In this document: positions 35,130-37,170 of the stretch, piece after piece
Layout: each line of letters begins with the position of its first letter
How positions within the stretch are numbered: position 1 is the first letter of the stretch
Assembly: GCF_004010195.1 (NCBI RefSeq)
Contig: NC_057757.1
Span: forward strand, 8,235,902-8,273,071
Direction of reading: 5' to 3'
Origin: Chiloscyllium plagiosum
Lineage: Eukaryota
Length of the DNA stretch: 37,170 bases
Position numbers and translations under genes: made by a program
Notes under the pieces: model-generated
Database searches by the model: none
Seen by the model: only the letters and a program-made list of their open reading frames with translations
What the model was told of the DNA's origin: nothing

Positions 35130-35450
35130 GTAGTCCGAGTGGACCCAGAGGTGCTCCCTTATTAGTGAGACACAACCATTGTGAGTTTAACCTGAGGGTG
35201 ACCGTGCCACAGGAGAAGGACAAGGTTGAGAAGGTGAGGCCTTCCTGTGATCTCAGACAGTGTGTGAATTGAACCTGTGCTGTTGCTGTCACTCAACATC
35301 ACAAACCAGCCATTCAGCCAACACTGCTGAAGGCGTTCAGTTAGTACAGTTGGCTGGAAGGATGGTGTGAGATGTAGAGAGGTGAGGTGATCCTTAGGTT
35401 AAACTCAACATTAGCTTTCTTTGTCCATGAGGAAAAAGCCCTCTGGAACA
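35130..35450. mobile_element. Divergent pair of tRNA-derived SINEs (copy B)
   Basis: Duplicate of 8900-9220. Confidence 0.55.
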
Positions 35451-37170
35451 AGGGGAATTCCTTCCATGTCCCTTTGTCAAAATCTTGGAAAATCACTCGC
35501 CCCTGCTCTCCTTCACACCAGCTGCCAATTGTTTGTCCAGCATTAGGAGTGCAGTGGTACAAAAAAGTAGCTGCCACAACATTATCAAGGAAAATAAATT
35601 GTGGCTCAGCCATCGAAGGCCAAGTTGATTTAATTGATTAAACACATCTGAACAAAGCATTTTGACAGCGAAGATTATCCCTGCTGCAGTGTGTGGAGGT
35701 GTGTGTTGAACGGGAAAGGTCGTTCCCACTGCTGTAAGGGAATTCAGCAGATTGTTGAATGGTCACTTGCACCACATTTTAACTATGATGACATTCATTG
35801 AGCACAGAACAGTGCTGGCTCAATTTTCTTTGAGAAGTTTTTGAACTGGAACGTATTTTCAGACTGCACTGTCAGGAGTCCACGTAGCAGATTATAAAAT
35901 CACTGCTGCTGAAAGTTAGAAAAAGTTTGTGTAATCCTGAAAAATAGTCTGATATTTGGTCAGTCCTTGTCTCAGATTTACTTGTAAGCATCGTGATCCA
36001 AAACTGTTCTGTGTTTATGTTTGAAAGGAATAAAATATAGTCCCCTTGCCAACAGCGCTGGAAATTGGTTACCATCATTGCAACGAGAGTGTGTTCTGTA
36101 ACCAGAACTGAAGCTGTAATTGTATAAGAGCATTGTTATCTCTGGTGTTGTTATGACATAACACAAGTATCAGCACAACACAGTAACTTCTAGAGTAAGC
36201 AGTTTCACATTCAAACCGACAAGGAGTGATGACTGTTAGTATAAGGGCATGATATCACGAGCATATTCAAGATATTGTCTGAGAGAAGAGTTTCTGTCCC
36301 CTGTCATTTGGGGACAGGCTTACTGTCAATACTTCAATACCTCATTTTCCAGTTGTAAATGCTGTCTTACTGAATTATCCAATGTTGCCAACTAATGTTT
36401 TCAATGTGATATACACAAAATAAACCATACTTGACAAAATTTGTAAAATGACTGTAAATAATGTAAATGTTTAGTCAACCTAATTGATTCCATAGAAGTT
36501 TGCTTTAAGACTTACAAACAGAATTAGGTTTTATATACACATGTCCTCAAGTGTAAGAATACATGAGGACAGTATAAAGATACAGAGTTACCATTCTCTG
36601 CTGCATTGTGGTATCAAAACCAAAATATCTGCAATAGTATAGATTCAATTCTAATGCTTTGGCCACACACCAGTCAGAATGTTTCAGTTCCTAAAGAATG
36701 CATCTGCTCTAATGGAGAATGGGAAGCCACTATCCAGCGAGTGAAAGAGCTTTCCTATCAGATTCCTGAAACTGTTCCTTATTCTGGTAATTCATGATTC
36801 AGTCCCAGTGTATTGGAAGACAGCCCTGCATCCAAAAAAGGAGTATGAAATCTGGAAACATTGACCAGTTAATTTAACATGTCACAGGGATTTCTTTGAG
36901 GATGTAACATGTGTCATTGACAAAGTGAATGTAGAGAGCATAACTTTCCTTTAAATGAAGTGACACATCATTTAAAGGTCACGACAGGAATTAAAAAGGT
37001 TCAAGGTGTGAGGGAAATGTTCCCTCCTCAGTCGAACTTCAGAAAACATTGGTTCACATCTCATTGTATTTCATCTGCAGGAGGCTGAGATGATAATGTA
37101 CAATGTGTGAGGTGCATTTTCATTTGCAAAGCTGAGACAAATGATTCTGAAGCTGTCAGTCAGCCAGCCA

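Larger units (their letters stand above)
19496..37170 (+). repeat. Segmental duplication, copy B (longer by an internal tandem duplication and a 5.2-kb segment)
   Basis: Direct-orientation match to 1-10942. Both true boundaries lie beyond what can be compared within this window. Confidence 0.97.

Noticed and set aside
1..37170. Prokaryotic systems (CRISPR, operons, defence islands) or an intact autonomous retroelement
   Set aside because: No repeat-spacer array, no gene-dense coding, and all RT/EN frames are broken.

Overview
Eukaryotic (vertebrate) genomic DNA, almost certainly a cartilaginous fish, judged from HE1-type V-SINE, SacSINE1-like SINE, CR1/HER1-like, Tx1 and Penelope remnants. 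Most of the window is degenerate retroelement sequence. One host gene is supported: a two-exon class A GPCR of the GPR139/GPR142-like type. Exon 1 (12079-12145, missed by the ORF track) splices through a phase-1 GT-AG intron to exon 2 (13517 onward), which is cut by a 500-N assembly gap at 13738. The gene lies in a large direct segmental repeat (1-10942 matches 19496-37170), so the window looks like one-plus units of a tandem receptor array, with another paralogue predicted about 1.1 kb past the right edge. Comparing the two copies shows a 5.2-kb deletion, a 1.85-kb tandem duplication and a newly created 20-bp hairpin. A separate 1.4-kb tandem duplication lies between the copies, and older diverged duplications are also visible. 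Several Penelope-type minimal hammerhead-ribozyme motifs, mostly decayed, are scattered through the window. Family assignments come from recall of motifs, not database searches, and repeat boundaries are approximate.
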